A model generated the notes under the pieces. That model made no database searches and was not told the origin of the DNA. It saw only the letters and a list, made by a program, of their open reading frames with translations. From NCBI GenBank assembly GCA_965215335.1, contig CBDCDA010000001.1:1088001-1152000 (forward strand): a stretch of 64,000 nt of DNA, written 5' to 3'. Positions within the stretch are counted from its first letter, which is position 1. Each line of letters begins with the position of its first letter. Shown piece after piece: positions 26,614-36,307 of this stretch. The DNA comes from an uncultured Candidatus Entotheonella sp. (GTDB taxonomy: Bacteria > Tectomicrobia > Entotheonellia > Entotheonellales > Entotheonellaceae). Both the position numbers and the translations under genes were made by a program.

Positions 26614-28296
26614 TTAACCGCCATCGTTCGTCCGATCCTGCCGCGCGGATGAGCCGGTTCCAAGCAGTGGACCTCCTCCTGCCGCGTCCCCCTCAGACAC
26701 CGAATCCAGGTCAAGCGAGGCGGCCAGCAGGCGCTTGGTGTAGGCGTCCCGGGGATGCTCGAAAATCGCCTCGGTGGGACCTTCCTCAACGACCTTGCCA
26801 TGGTACATGACCACCAGGTAGTTGGCCATCGCGCGCACGACCTTCAGGTCGTGGCTGATGAACAGGTAGGCGAGCTCGTGGTCGCGCTGGAGCTGGCGCA
26901 GCAGGACGAGGATCTGCGCCTGCACGCTGACGTCCAGCGACGACGTCGGCTCGTCCAGCACGATGAAGGCGGGCTTGAGCACCAGGGCGCGGGCGATGGC
27001 CACGCGCTGGCGCTGGCCGCCGGAAAACTCGTGCGGGTAGCGGTGGCGGCTTTCCGGGTCGAGCCCCACCTCGCGCAGCGCCGCGATGATGCTTTCCGCG
27101 CGCGCCGCGGCGCTGTTTATGGTGCCGTGCACCTTGAGCCCCTCCTCGATAATCTGGCCAATCGACAGCCGCGGGCTCAGGCTGCCGAACGGGTCCTGGA
27201 AGATGATCTGCATCTCCCGGCGCAACGGCCGCAGGGCGCGCGACTTCAGCCCCTGGATCAGCGTGTCGCGGAAATAAATGGTGCCGCGCGAGGCAATGAG
27301 CCGCAACAGCGCCAGCCCCAGGGTGGTCTTGCCGGAGCCGGATTCGCCGACCACCCCGACCGTCTGGCCGGCGTGTATGGTAAGCGTCAGGCCGTCCACC
27401 GCCTTGACGTGATCAATGGTGCGGCGCAGCAGGCCGGCGCGGATGGGATACCAGACGCGAAGGTTTTCGGTCCGTATCAGAGCTGGCGTTGCCGCCGCGG
27501 CCGGCGCCGTGCCGCTCGGCTGCGCCTGGATCAGGCGCAGCGTGTAGGGATGCGCAGGGGCCTCGAAAATGCGGCTGGTGACACCGGTCTCGACGATCTT
27601 GCCGTGTTGCATGACGCATACCCGGTCGGCGACCTTGCGCACGATGGTCAGATCGTGGGTGATGAACAGCATCGCCATGTTGAAGCGGCGTTGCAGCTTC
27701 TTGAGAAGCTGCAGGATCTGCGCCTGGATGGTGACGTCGAGCGCGGTGGTGGGTTCGTCGGCGATCAGCAGGGCCGGCTCGTTGGCCAGGGCCATGGCGA
27801 TCATGACGCGCTGCCGCTGGCCGCCGGAAAGCTCGTGCGGGAAGGCGGTCAGGCGTTTCTCGGCTTCGCCCAGGCCGACCAGGTGCAACAACTCCAGGGT
27901 ACGCTGCCGGGTATCCGACTTTCCCATGCCCTTGTGCAACCTCAGCGTTTCGCCGAGTTGCTTCTCAATGGAATGCAACGGGTTGAGGGAGGTCATCGGC
28001 TCCTGGAAGACCATGGCGATGCGGTTGCCGCGCACCGTGCGCAGCGTCGAGGCGGGCGCGCCGAGCAACTCCCGGTCGTCCAGCCGGATGCTGCCGCCGG
28101 GGTGCGAGGCGGTGGGGTAGGGCAGCAGTTGCAGGATGCTCAGCGCGGTGACCGACTTGCCGGAGCCTGACTCGCCGACCAAGGCGACGGTCTCGCCGCG
28201 GTCGATCGACATGGACAGGCCCTTGACGGCGTGCACGGTGCCGCCCTCGGTGCGGAAATCGACCGCCAGGTCCTGTATGTCCAACAACGCCGCCAT
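26614..28296 (-). CDS. yejF: Peptide ABC transporter double ATPase
   Basis: GESGSGKS and GESGSGKT Walker A motifs, LSGGQRQR/FSGGQRQR, DEPT twice. Confidence 0.9.
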   Translation of the reverse strand: MAALLDIQDLAVDFRTEGGTVHAVKGLSMSIDRGETVALVGESGSGKSVTALSILQLLPYPTASHPGGSIRLDDRELLGAPASTLRTVRGNRIAMVFQEPMTSLNPLHSIEKQLGETLRLHKGMGKSDTRQRTLELLHLVGLGEAEKRLTAFPHELSGGQRQRVMIAMALANEPALLIADEPTTALDVTIQAQILQLLKKLQRRFNMAMLFITHDLTIVRKVADRVCVMQHGKIVETGVTSRIFEAPAHPYTLRLIQAQPSGTAPAAAATPALIRTENLRVWYPIRAGLLRRTIDHVKAVDGLTLTIHAGQTVGVVGESGSGKTTLGLALLRLIASRGTIYFRDTLIQGLKSRALRPLRREMQIIFQDPFGSLSPRLSIGQIIEEGLKVHGTINSAAARAESIIAALREVGLDPESRHRYPHEFSGGQRQRVAIARALVLKPAFIVLDEPTSSLDVSVQAQILVLLRQLQRDHELAYLFISHDLKVVRAMANYLVVMYHGKVVEEGPTEAIFEHPRDAYTKRLLAASLDLDSVSEGDAAGGGPLLGTGSSARQDRTNDGG

Positions 28297-28313
28297 GCCG
28301 CCTCCGAGGGAGA

Positions 28314-29339
28314 TTACTCCGGCCGGGCCGCAAAGGTCTTGCGGGGGTCAAAGGCGTCGCGCACCGCTTCGCCGGTGAAAATGAGCAGGATCAGCATGAT
28401 CCCCAGGGTGAAGAAGCTCGTCAGCCCCAGCCACGGGGCGTGCAGATTGTTGCGGCCTTGGGTCACCATTTCGCCCAGCGAGGGCGAACCGGGCGGCAGA
28501 CCGAAACCCAGGAAATCGAGCCCCGTCAGGGCTGTCACCGCCCCGCTCAGGCTGAACGGCAGGAAGGTGATGGTGGCCACCATGGCATTGGGCAGGACGT
28601 GCCGGAACATGATCACTTTATTCGACACGCCGAGCGCCCGCGCCGCCCGCACGAAGTCGAAATTTCTCGCGCGCAGGAACTCGGCGCGTACCACCCCGAC
28701 GTAGCCCATCCAGCTGAACAGCAGCAGGATGCCCAGCAGCCACCAGAAATTCGGCTGCACCACGCTCGACAGGATAATCAGCAGGTAGAGCGTCGGCATG
28801 GACGACCACACCTCCATCAGCCGTTGCAGGGTGAGGTCGAGCCAGCCGCCGAAATACCCCTGCACGGCGCCCGCCGAGACGCCGATAATCATGGAAAACA
28901 CCGTCAGCACGAGGCCGAACAGCACCGAAATGCGGAAACCGTAGATGAGGCGCGCCAGCACGTCGCGGCTGTGGTCGTCGGTGCCCAGCCAGTTCGTCGG
29001 CGCCGGCGGCGCCGGCGCCCGCCGGCCGCGCACGATGGTGTCATAGGAAAACCGGATCGGCGGCCATATCATCCAGCCCTTGGCCTCGATCAGCCCGACG
29101 ACGTACTCGTCCCGGTAATCGGCCTCGGTCGGAAATTCCCCCCCGAAGCGGGTCTCGGGAAATACCGCCACCACCGGCACCAGCAGGTCGCCGTCGAAGT
29201 AGACGAGCAGCGGCTTGTCGTTGGCGAGGAACTCGGCGAACAGGCTGAGCACGAACAGCAGGGTGAATATCCACAGGGAGACGTAGCCGCGCCGGTTGGC
29301 TCGGAAATTGGCCCAGCGCCGCCGATTCAAGGGCGTCAT
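28314..29339 (-). CDS. yejE: Peptide ABC transporter permease
   Basis: NRRRWANFRANRRGY, AEFLANDKP, LGTDDHSRDVLARLIYGFRIS, VRAEFLRARN. Confidence 0.92.
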   Translation of the reverse strand: MTPLNRRRWANFRANRRGYVSLWIFTLLFVLSLFAEFLANDKPLLVYFDGDLLVPVVAVFPETRFGGEFPTEADYRDEYVVGLIEAKGWMIWPPIRFSYDTIVRGRRAPAPPAPTNWLGTDDHSRDVLARLIYGFRISVLFGLVLTVFSMIIGVSAGAVQGYFGGWLDLTLQRLMEVWSSMPTLYLLIILSSVVQPNFWWLLGILLLFSWMGYVGVVRAEFLRARNFDFVRAARALGVSNKVIMFRHVLPNAMVATITFLPFSLSGAVTALTGLDFLGFGLPPGSPSLGEMVTQGRNNLHAPWLGLTSFFTLGIMLILLIFTGEAVRDAFDPRKTFAARPE

Positions 29340-29342
29340 GGC

Positions 29343-30464
29343 TCAGACCTCCCGCGAGGCGAAGTCGATGCGCGGATCGATGAAGGCGTACATCAGGTCG
29401 CTGACGATGCCCATCACCAAGCCGAGCAGGGAGAAGAAATAAAGGGTGGCGAACATGACGGGGTAGTCGCGCTTGATGGTCGCCTCGTAACCCAGCAGGC
29501 CGAGGCCGTCGAGCGAGAAGATCACCTCGATGAACAGCGAGCCGGAGAAGAAGATGCTGATGAAGGCGCCCGGAAAGCCGGCGATGACGATCAGCATGGC
29601 GTTGCGAAAGACGTGGCCGTAGAGCACCCGGCGCTCGCTCAGCCCCTTGGCGCGGGCGGTCATGACGTACTGCATGCCGATCTGGTCCAGGAAGGAGTTT
29701 TTCGTCAGCAGGGTAAGGGTGGCGAAGCCGCCGATCACCATGGCGAGGATGGGCAGCGCCAGGTGCCACAGGTAATCGACCACCTGGCTCAGGACGTTCA
29801 GGTCGGCCCAGTTTTCCGACGTCAGGCCGCGCAGCGGAAACCATGTCAGGTAACGCCCGCCGGCGAAGAAAATGATGAGGATCAGGGCGAACAGGAAGCT
29901 GGGAATGGCGTAACCGACGGTGATGACGCTGCTGGTGGCCACGTCGAAGCGGCTGCCGTCGCGCACCGCCTTGCTGATGCCGAGCGGGATGGAGATCAGA
30001 TAGACGAGCAGGGTGGTCCACAGGCCGAGGGAGATGGAGACGGGCATCTTGTCCAGGACGAGTTCCACCACGGACCGGTCCTGGAAGAAACTGTCGCCGA
30101 AGTCGAAGGTGAGATACGAACGCATCATGTCCACGAAGCGCACGGGCAGGGGTTTGTCCAGCCCGTACATGGCCTCGATTTCGCGTACCAGATCCGGGTC
30201 GAGACCGCGGGCGCCGCGGTATTTGCCGGTGATGCCGGTAGAGGCGCCGCCCGTTGCCTGCTCCTGGTTCTGCCGCCCCATGGGGTCGTCCGACGCCGCA
30301 CCGCCGAAGCGGGCGGTCGCCTCAATGGCCTCGCCCGAAAGCTCTGCCAGCAACTGCTCCACCGGTCCGCCCGGCACGATCTGAATGACAAAGAAATTGA
30401 TCAGCATGATGCCGAACAAGGTCGGCGCAATCAGGATCAGGCGGCGAATGATATAGGCAAGCAT
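29343..30464 (-). CDS. yejB: Peptide ABC transporter permease
   Basis: [55 protein letters not shown]. Confidence 0.92.
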   Translation of the reverse strand: MLAYIIRRLILIAPTLFGIMLINFFVIQIVPGGPVEQLLAELSGEAIEATARFGGAASDDPMGRQNQEQATGGASTGITGKYRGARGLDPDLVREIEAMYGLDKPLPVRFVDMMRSYLTFDFGDSFFQDRSVVELVLDKMPVSISLGLWTTLLVYLISIPLGISKAVRDGSRFDVATSSVITVGYAIPSFLFALILIIFFAGGRYLTWFPLRGLTSENWADLNVLSQVVDYLWHLALPILAMVIGGFATLTLLTKNSFLDQIGMQYVMTARAKGLSERRVLYGHVFRNAMLIVIAGFPGAFISIFFSGSLFIEVIFSLDGLGLLGYEATIKRDYPVMFATLYFFSLLGLVMGIVSDLMYAFIDPRIDFASREV

Positions 30465-30606
30465 CAGAGCGGGGATTCACCTTGTTGGGCGGATCGATTG
30501 GCGGTCCGGAAAGACGGGCAGTATAAGGCGAGCGGGCACAAATTGCACCCGGTTGCGGGAAGGGCGCGTTGCGGTGCATCGTGCTCGACAGGGTGATTCG
30601 GGGAGT

Positions 30607-30700
30607 GGCAGGGGCCTCCGCCGACCCCTGCCGGATGTGCCTGCACGCAGGGAGGATGGACGTGTCAGGCACTTCGATCCATGTGCAAGAGGAGGGGCGC
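30607..30700. repeat. About 95-bp structured intergenic repeat, copy B
   Basis: Same two stems as 2913-3009, same orientation, diverged loops. Confidence 0.7.
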
Positions 30701-30742
30701 TACGCGGGGACAGTCAACGTGCCGCTTGCGCCGAATTACGCC

Positions 30743-30991
30743 TCAGGCCTCCGTTGGGACCTCTGGGCGGAACAACTCGTACACCGACACGTCGAACGCC
30801 GATGCCAGCCGATGCATGGTGATCAGGGTAGGGTTCACCTGGCCCGCCTCGATGCGTTGATAGTACTTGTAGCTCAGCCCGAACGAGGCCATGTCCAGTT
30901 GTCGCAGCCGCCGCATCTTGCGCATCTGCCGCAGCCGACTGCCGAAGTCCTGGAGCAAGCTCTCTTGCCTGTCTACGCCAATCGAATCCAT
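30743..30991 (-). CDS. XRE-family helix-turn-helix regulator
   Basis: FGSRLRQMRKMRRLRQLDM..GLSYKYYQRIEAGQVNPTLITMHRLASAFDVSVYELF; RBS ggaggg. Confidence 0.85.
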   Translation of the reverse strand: MDSIGVDRQESLLQDFGSRLRQMRKMRRLRQLDMASFGLSYKYYQRIEAGQVNPTLITMHRLASAFDVSVYELFRPEVPTEA

Positions 30992-31035
30992 AAGGGGTCC
31001 CTCCGGCGCCGGCGGCTTCACCCGCCCGGCAATTC

Positions 31036-31090
31036 AATAATGAAAACCGTTATCATTTTCATTTATACAACCGGACACGGCGACTGGCAA
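31036..31090 (-). promoter_or_regulatory. Sigma70-like promoter plus Fur-type box 5 for the XRE gene
   Basis: TTGCCA (31090-31085)-17 bp-TATAAA (31067-31062); box aataatgaaaaccgttatcatttt at 31036-31059. Confidence 0.72.
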
Positions 31091-31167
31091 CCTTCTTATG
31101 AGTGGGTATTTTGACGTTATTTGCGCTGCACGCTGCGGAACTGTCGAGGAGGTCAACGACGAGTCGA

Positions 31168-32226
31168 TCAAGGCTCGCCGGGAAAGGTGATCAGAACCGT
31201 GGGCTCGTGGCGCACATTGATTTGCGCGCCGGTCTGCAGGGGGACATCGTGGGCGCAGAAGCCTTGCAGGCGGGCGCCGGAGGGGAGGCGGACGGTGTAG
31301 AGCTTGCGGGTGCCCTGGAAGGTGACCTGCGTCACCCGGGCACGGACGCCGCGGCCGTTGTCGCACAGGGTGAGGCATTCGGGCGGGATCAGGAGATCAA
31401 CCTGGTGGTGGCCGTCGGGCGTGGGGGATCTGTCGGAACCGAGACGGACGGGTCCCATTTCGGTGACGATGCAGTCGTCACGGATCTCACCGGGCAAGAA
31501 GTGGCCGAGGGCGAGGAACTCGGCGACGAAACGGCTGCCGGGGCGCTGCACGATGGCTTCCGGGGTGTCGTATTGCACGACGCGGCCCTGATCGAGAATG
31601 GCGAGGGTGTCGGCCAGGCTGAGGGCCTCTTCCTGGTCGTGGGTGACGAGGATGGTGGTCATGTCCGTGTGCCGCAGGAGGTCCTGCATTTCCTGCCGCA
31701 GCTGGCGGCGCAGGTTGACGTCCAGATTGCTGAACGGCTCGTCGAGCAGCAGGAGTTGTGGGCCGGGGGCCAGGGCGCGGGCCAGGGCGACGCGCTGCTG
31801 CTGGCCGCCGGAGAGCTCGTGCGGGTAGCGCTCGGCCATGTCCGCCAGGCCGACGAGCTGGAGCAGGTCGGCGAGGCGGCGGTTGCGGTGGGTGGCCGGA
31901 CGGCGAAACAGGCCAAACAAAATGTTCTGGGCCACCGTCATGTGCGGGAAGAGGGCGTAGTCCTGGAATACCATGCCGATCTGGCGTTTTTCCGGCGCCA
32001 CCGCGTGTCCGGGCCGACTGACCTGCTGCTCCCCCAAGCGAATCATGCCGGTATCGGGTTCTTCGAATCCCGCGATCAGCCGGAGCAGCGTGGTCTTGCC
32101 GCAGCCGCTGGGGCCGAGCAGGCAGACCATGGCGCCGGCCTCGATGCGCAGCGAGACGTCCTGCAGCACCGGTACGCCAGCCGCGAACGCCTTGCCGACG
32201 GCCTGCAGGGATAACACCGGGGTCAT
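31168..32226 (-). CDS. fbpC: Fe(III) ABC transporter ATP-binding protein
   Basis: GPSGCGKTT, VFQDYALFPH, LSGGQQQRVALARALA, TOBE-like C-terminus. Confidence 0.88.
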   Translation of the reverse strand: MTPVLSLQAVGKAFAAGVPVLQDVSLRIEAGAMVCLLGPSGCGKTTLLRLIAGFEEPDTGMIRLGEQQVSRPGHAVAPEKRQIGMVFQDYALFPHMTVAQNILFGLFRRPATHRNRRLADLLQLVGLADMAERYPHELSGGQQQRVALARALAPGPQLLLLDEPFSNLDVNLRRQLRQEMQDLLRHTDMTTILVTHDQEEALSLADTLAILDQGRVVQYDTPEAIVQRPGSRFVAEFLALGHFLPGEIRDDCIVTEMGPVRLGSDRSPTPDGHHQVDLLIPPECLTLCDNGRGVRARVTQVTFQGTRKLYTVRLPSGARLQGFCAHDVPLQTGAQINVRHEPTVLITFPGEP

Positions 32227-33851
32227 GTCACACTCCTTTGCGGACTACCGTACGACAACGCGAAGGCCAAGAGGGGCAGGGTCACCAGAACCAGCAGCAA
32301 CGCTGCCGGAGCCGCCTGAGCGTAGAATTCCTCACTCGTTTCGATCCAGATACGCACCGCCAGGGTGTCGAAACCGACCGGACGCAGCAACAGCGTTGCC
32401 GGGAGTTCCTTCATCGCATTGACGAAGACCAGAACCCAGCCGGTGACCAGTCCCGGGCGCATGAGCGGCAGCGTGACGCGCCACAGCACCCGCCAGAGGG
32501 GAGCGCCGGCGGAGCGCCCGGCTTCCTCGAGCGCGGGGGGGAGCTGGTGCAGCGCCGCCTCCCCGGCCTGCAGACACTGCGGAAAGAAACGCACCACGTA
32601 GGCCAGCACGACGACCGCCACGGTGCCGTACACCGGGGTCATCAGGTGCGCCGTGCAGAAGATCAGGCCCAGGGCGATGATCGGTCCCGGCAATACGTAA
32701 CCGGCGTAGGCGGCGTGCAGCAGCAGCGTGTGCCCGTGACCTGGGCGCCGCAGGGCGACGTAAGCCAGCGGCAGCACGCCGGCCACGGCCAGCGTGGCGG
32801 CGGTGGCGGCGCCCAGGAAGCTGTTGCGCGCGTAGCCCCAGAAGGCGCCGTCCAGGGCGCCCTGGCTGATGTGGTTCACGGCTTCCGTGCCCAGGTACGC
32901 CACCGGGACGCCGAAGGCCAGCCCGAACGCAGCCGCGCAGCCGCAGCATGCCAAGACGCCGCGCCCGTGCGTCAATGCCGCGCGACCGCCGGGTCGATAG
33001 CCCGCCGTGGTCTGAAAGAACCGGCTGCGGCGGCGGAAATGGCGCTCGGCCGCAAAGAAGGCGAGGCTCAGCGACACCAGTATCAGGCTCAGGGCGGCGG
33101 CGCCCATCAGGTCGTAGCGCCCGGTCATCTGCACGTACACCGCCCGCGTAAAGGTCGAATAGCGCAGGATCGACACGGCGCCGAAGTCCGCCATGACGTA
33201 CAGGCAAACGAGAAACAATCCCGCCGCAATCGCCGGCCGCTGCATGGGCAGCACCACGCGCAGCCAACATCGCCAGCGTCCGGCGCCGGACAACCGCGCG
33301 GCCTCCTCGTAGGCGACATTGGTGCGCAGGAAGGCGGCGCGGCTCAGAAGATAAACGTAAGGATAGGTGGCGAAGCTGAGGATCAGCGCGGCACCGAGGA
33401 AGGAGTCGTAGAGTGCCGGCAACTGCGCGTCAGGCCCCAGAACACGCTGCAGCAGGGGGCGCAAGGGGCCCCAATAGGCGAAGAGTTCCGTGTATACATA
33501 AGCCATGATGTAGGGCGGAACGCCGAGCGGCGCCGCCAGCAGCCAGGTCCACGCGCGTCGTCCGGGGAAGTCGTAGCGCACCACGAGCCACGCCAGACCG
33601 ACCCCGCAGACCAGCGTGACGGCGGCCACGGCCGCCGCCAGACGCAGGGTGTTGAACAACAGTTCCGGCACCCGACCCTGCCACAACTGCATCCATACGT
33701 GACCCGACACCAGCAGGGCATTGCCCGCCACGTAGGCCAGCGGCATGACGATGAGCAGCGCCACCCCGAGAGCGATCAGGCTCAATGGCCTGGGACGCCA
33801 AGGGCCGGCATGGCGCGGCCACGACGCCTGGGTGGTGGCAACCCCATGCAT
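32223..33851 (-). CDS. fbpB: Fe(III) ABC transporter permease (duplicated domain)
   Basis: YPYVYL, EEAARLSG, DFGAV, EEAGRSAG, KELPATLLLRP. Confidence 0.88.
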   Translation of the reverse strand: MHGVATTQASWPRHAGPWRPRPLSLIALGVALLIVMPLAYVAGNALLVSGHVWMQLWQGRVPELLFNTLRLAAAVAAVTLVCGVGLAWLVVRYDFPGRRAWTWLLAAPLGVPPYIMAYVYTELFAYWGPLRPLLQRVLGPDAQLPALYDSFLGAALILSFATYPYVYLLSRAAFLRTNVAYEEAARLSGAGRWRCWLRVVLPMQRPAIAAGLFLVCLYVMADFGAVSILRYSTFTRAVYVQMTGRYDLMGAAALSLILVSLSLAFFAAERHFRRRSRFFQTTAGYRPGGRAALTHGRGVLACCGCAAAFGLAFGVPVAYLGTEAVNHISQGALDGAFWGYARNSFLGAATAATLAVAGVLPLAYVALRRPGHGHTLLLHAAYAGYVLPGPIIALGLIFCTAHLMTPVYGTVAVVVLAYVVRFFPQCLQAGEAALHQLPPALEEAGRSAGAPLWRVLWRVTLPLMRPGLVTGWVLVFVNAMKELPATLLLRPVGFDTLAVRIWIETSEEFYAQAAPAALLLVLVTLPLLAFALSYGSPQRSVT

Positions 33852-33854
33852 GGC

Positions 33855-34916
33855 CTAGTCCAATCCGACCTTGTCGATCAGCGCGATCGCCCTGTCGCGG
33901 CTGGCATGCGCCATCGACAGATTGACCGGCGCGATCTTGATGCGGTCGCGCGGGACGACGGACGCATGAGCCGGAACGTTCGGGTTGACGGGATACTCGT
34001 AGTTGACCGCCGCAAAGATTTGCTGGCCGGCGGGGGAGATCAGGAAGGCCATGAATTCCTGGGCCGCCTCGGGATTCTTCGATGCGTTGAGGACAGCGGC
34101 GCCGGCTACCGTGACCACGGCGCCCATCTGGCCGTCCTGCTGGTCCGGTATCAGGATGCCCAGCGGCGCCTCCGGCTCCCTGGCTTTATGACGGTAGTAG
34201 TAATAGTGATTCACGTAGCCCAAGGGGAACTGTCCGGCCGCCACGGCCGAAACCACCGGCGTGTGCTTTGGCAATACCCGCCCCTCCGAATTGGCCTTGA
34301 GGCCGCTCAGGAACGTCTCGGTGGCCGTCTCGCCCTGTAGCGCATAGATGGCACTGAGGCCACCAATGAACGACTGGTTGCCACTCGTTACCGTGCCCAC
34401 CTGCCCCTGCCACCTGGGATCGGCGAGTTCCAGCAGCGAGGTGATGGCGCCGGGCTGGATCAGGTCGGTGTTGTACACGATAACCCGCAGACGTGCCGAG
34501 AACGCCAGCCACGTGTCATCTGCAGCACGAAACTCGGGAGCGACCTGCGTCAGCGTCGGGACGGTGACCGGTGCCAGCAACCCGTGCCGCCGCGCCTCCT
34601 CCAGCACGCCGACGTAATTGGTCATGAAGACGTCCGCCGGGCTGCGCTCGCCCTCGACCTGGAGCTTGGCCAGCAACGCCCCGGAGGCACCCGTTTGCAC
34701 CTGCACGGCAATACCCGTCTGCTTCGTAAAGGCCGCCACCACGGGCCTGGTGAATTTCTCTCCCCGACCGGAATAGACGGTCAGCGTTTGGGACACGGCA
34801 CCCACCGGCCAGCCGATGAGCGCCGCCAAGGCCAGAGTCATCAAGCCCCGCGGCAGGACGCCGCGCCGCGCCGCTGCGGTTTCGCACGCAAAATGGGCCG
34901 CTCTTCTGTCAGGCAT
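33855..34916 (-). CDS. fbpA: Fe(III) ABC transporter substrate-binding protein (FbpA/FutA-like)
   Basis: TLTVYSGR, EGERSPADVF, RLRVIVYNT, YVNHYYYYR tandem-Tyr iron ligands, NYEYP; RBS ggaggg before ATG 34916. Confidence 0.88.
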   Translation of the reverse strand: MPDRRAAHFACETAAARRGVLPRGLMTLALAALIGWPVGAVSQTLTVYSGRGEKFTRPVVAAFTKQTGIAVQVQTGASGALLAKLQVEGERSPADVFMTNYVGVLEEARRHGLLAPVTVPTLTQVAPEFRAADDTWLAFSARLRVIVYNTDLIQPGAITSLLELADPRWQGQVGTVTSGNQSFIGGLSAIYALQGETATETFLSGLKANSEGRVLPKHTPVVSAVAAGQFPLGYVNHYYYYRHKAREPEAPLGILIPDQQDGQMGAVVTVAGAAVLNASKNPEAAQEFMAFLISPAGQQIFAAVNYEYPVNPNVPAHASVVPRDRIKIAPVNLSMAHASRDRAIALIDKVGLD

Positions 34917-34977
34917 GGGTTTCGACTCCCTCCACTTGAGTGGGATAGGCGATTGAATGCGCAATGGGCGTATTATT

Positions 34978-35000
34978 ATGATGTTGAGAACCGTTTTCAA
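34978..35000. promoter_or_regulatory. Fur-type box 6 (upstream of fbpA)
   Basis: Reverse strand ttgaaaacggttctcaacatcata. Confidence 0.72.
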
Positions 35001-35050
35001 GACAAAACAGGGCGTGCACCGCAGCCGGCAGCCGGCTGCGGCTATCCGGG

Positions 35051-36289
35051 CAGGGTAAGCGCATATGAGGATTGCCCAGCGTTCTGATTCAGGTTATGCA
35101 GAGTCATCGCGTGTCAGGACACTCAACCTGGAGAAGAACTGGGCATGGAAAAACTCGCATCGTCCCGACTCCTGGATCACTTTGCCTCGGTCAGTGATCC
35201 GCGCGGCCCCAACATCCGACACTCCTTGTTTGACATCTTCGTGATTGCCCTATGTGCCGTTATCAGCGGCGCCGAGGGCTGGGAAGATATGGAGGAGTAT
35301 GGTCAGGCTCAGGCCGATTGGCTCCAAGAGTTTCTCGACCTGCCCCATGGCATTCCCTCACCCGACACCTTTCGTCGCGTGCTCTCTCGGCTTCAGCCGG
35401 AAGAACTCACCCAGTGCTTTATCAACTGGACGGACAGCCTGCGCGGGTCGCTCGCTGGAGAGATTGTCGCCATGGATGGCAAGACCTTGCGGCGCTCCTT
35501 TGACCGCGCTGCGGCCAAGGGTGCCATCCACATGATCAGCGCTTGGGCCAGTGCCAATCGGCTCGTTTTGGGTCAACTCAAGGTCGATGACAAGTCCAAT
35601 GAAATCACTGCCATTCCCCACTTGCTTGGGCTTTTGGCATTGGACGGGGCGACGGTGACAATCGACGCTATGGGATGCCAAAAGGAGGTCGCCCGCAGCA
35701 TCGTCGAACAAGGGGCGGATTATGTCTTGGCTCTCAAAGACAACCATGCGACGCTCCACAATGAGGTCAAGCTCCTTTTCGACGCGGTCACGACAACCGG
35801 GCTGACGGATGTGACGGTCGATCATTATCAGAGCGTCGATGCCGATCATGGTCGTATTGAGACGCGCCGCTATTGGCTGACGAGCGATATTGAGTGTTTG
35901 GGGGTGAGGGGCTCGTGGGCAGGCATTGCCAGCATTGGCATGGTTGAGGCACAGGTGGAACGTGGCGACGTGGTGTCTTGTGAGCGGCGTTATTTTCTGA
36001 CCTCGCTTGGATGTGATGCGGAACGTTTTGCGCAAACCGTGCGGCAGCATTGGGGCATTGAGAATTCGCTCCATTGGGTGCTTGACGTGAGCTTTCGGGA
36101 AGACGACTGTCGGATTCGTCAAGACGCGGGTGCGCAAACGATGTCGGTGCTGCGTCATATCGCCCTGAACCTGATACGACGCGAATCAAGTCATAAGCGT
36201 GGCGTGAAGGCCAGACGAAAACGGGCCGGGTGGGATCACAGCTATCTGCTGCGGGTCTTAACTGGATAATGCCATATGCGCTTACCCTG
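35051..36289 (+). mobile_element. Intact ISAs1-family insertion sequence (1239 bp)
   Basis: Perfect 17-bp terminal inverted repeats cagggtaagcgcatatg / catatgcgcttaccctg; 10-bp target duplication gctatccggg at 35041-35050 and 36290-36299. Confidence 0.95.
35145..36269 (+). CDS. ISAs1-family DDE transposase
   Basis: DPR, GIPSPDTFRRV, MDGKTLRRS, KSNEITAIP, IDAMGCQ, HGRIETR, HWGIENSLHWVLDVSFRED. Confidence 0.95.
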   Translation: MEKLASSRLLDHFASVSDPRGPNIRHSLFDIFVIALCAVISGAEGWEDMEEYGQAQADWLQEFLDLPHGIPSPDTFRRVLSRLQPEELTQCFINWTDSLRGSLAGEIVAMDGKTLRRSFDRAAAKGAIHMISAWASANRLVLGQLKVDDKSNEITAIPHLLGLLALDGATVTIDAMGCQKEVARSIVEQGADYVLALKDNHATLHNEVKLLFDAVTTTGLTDVTVDHYQSVDADHGRIETRRYWLTSDIECLGVRGSWAGIASIGMVEAQVERGDVVSCERRYFLTSLGCDAERFAQTVRQHWGIENSLHWVLDVSFREDDCRIRQDAGAQTMSVLRHIALNLIRRESSHKRGVKARRKRAGWDHSYLLRVLTG

Positions 36290-36307
36290 GCTATCCGGGC
36301 GGCCTGC

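Noticed and set aside
28440..30596. Very long alternative ORFs (718 aa here; also 32238-34340, 23215-25152, 12774-14723, 55692-57452)
   Set aside because: Antisense shadows of well-supported genes in high-GC DNA; no motifs, and Arg/Ala/Gly/His-rich composition typical of non-coding frames
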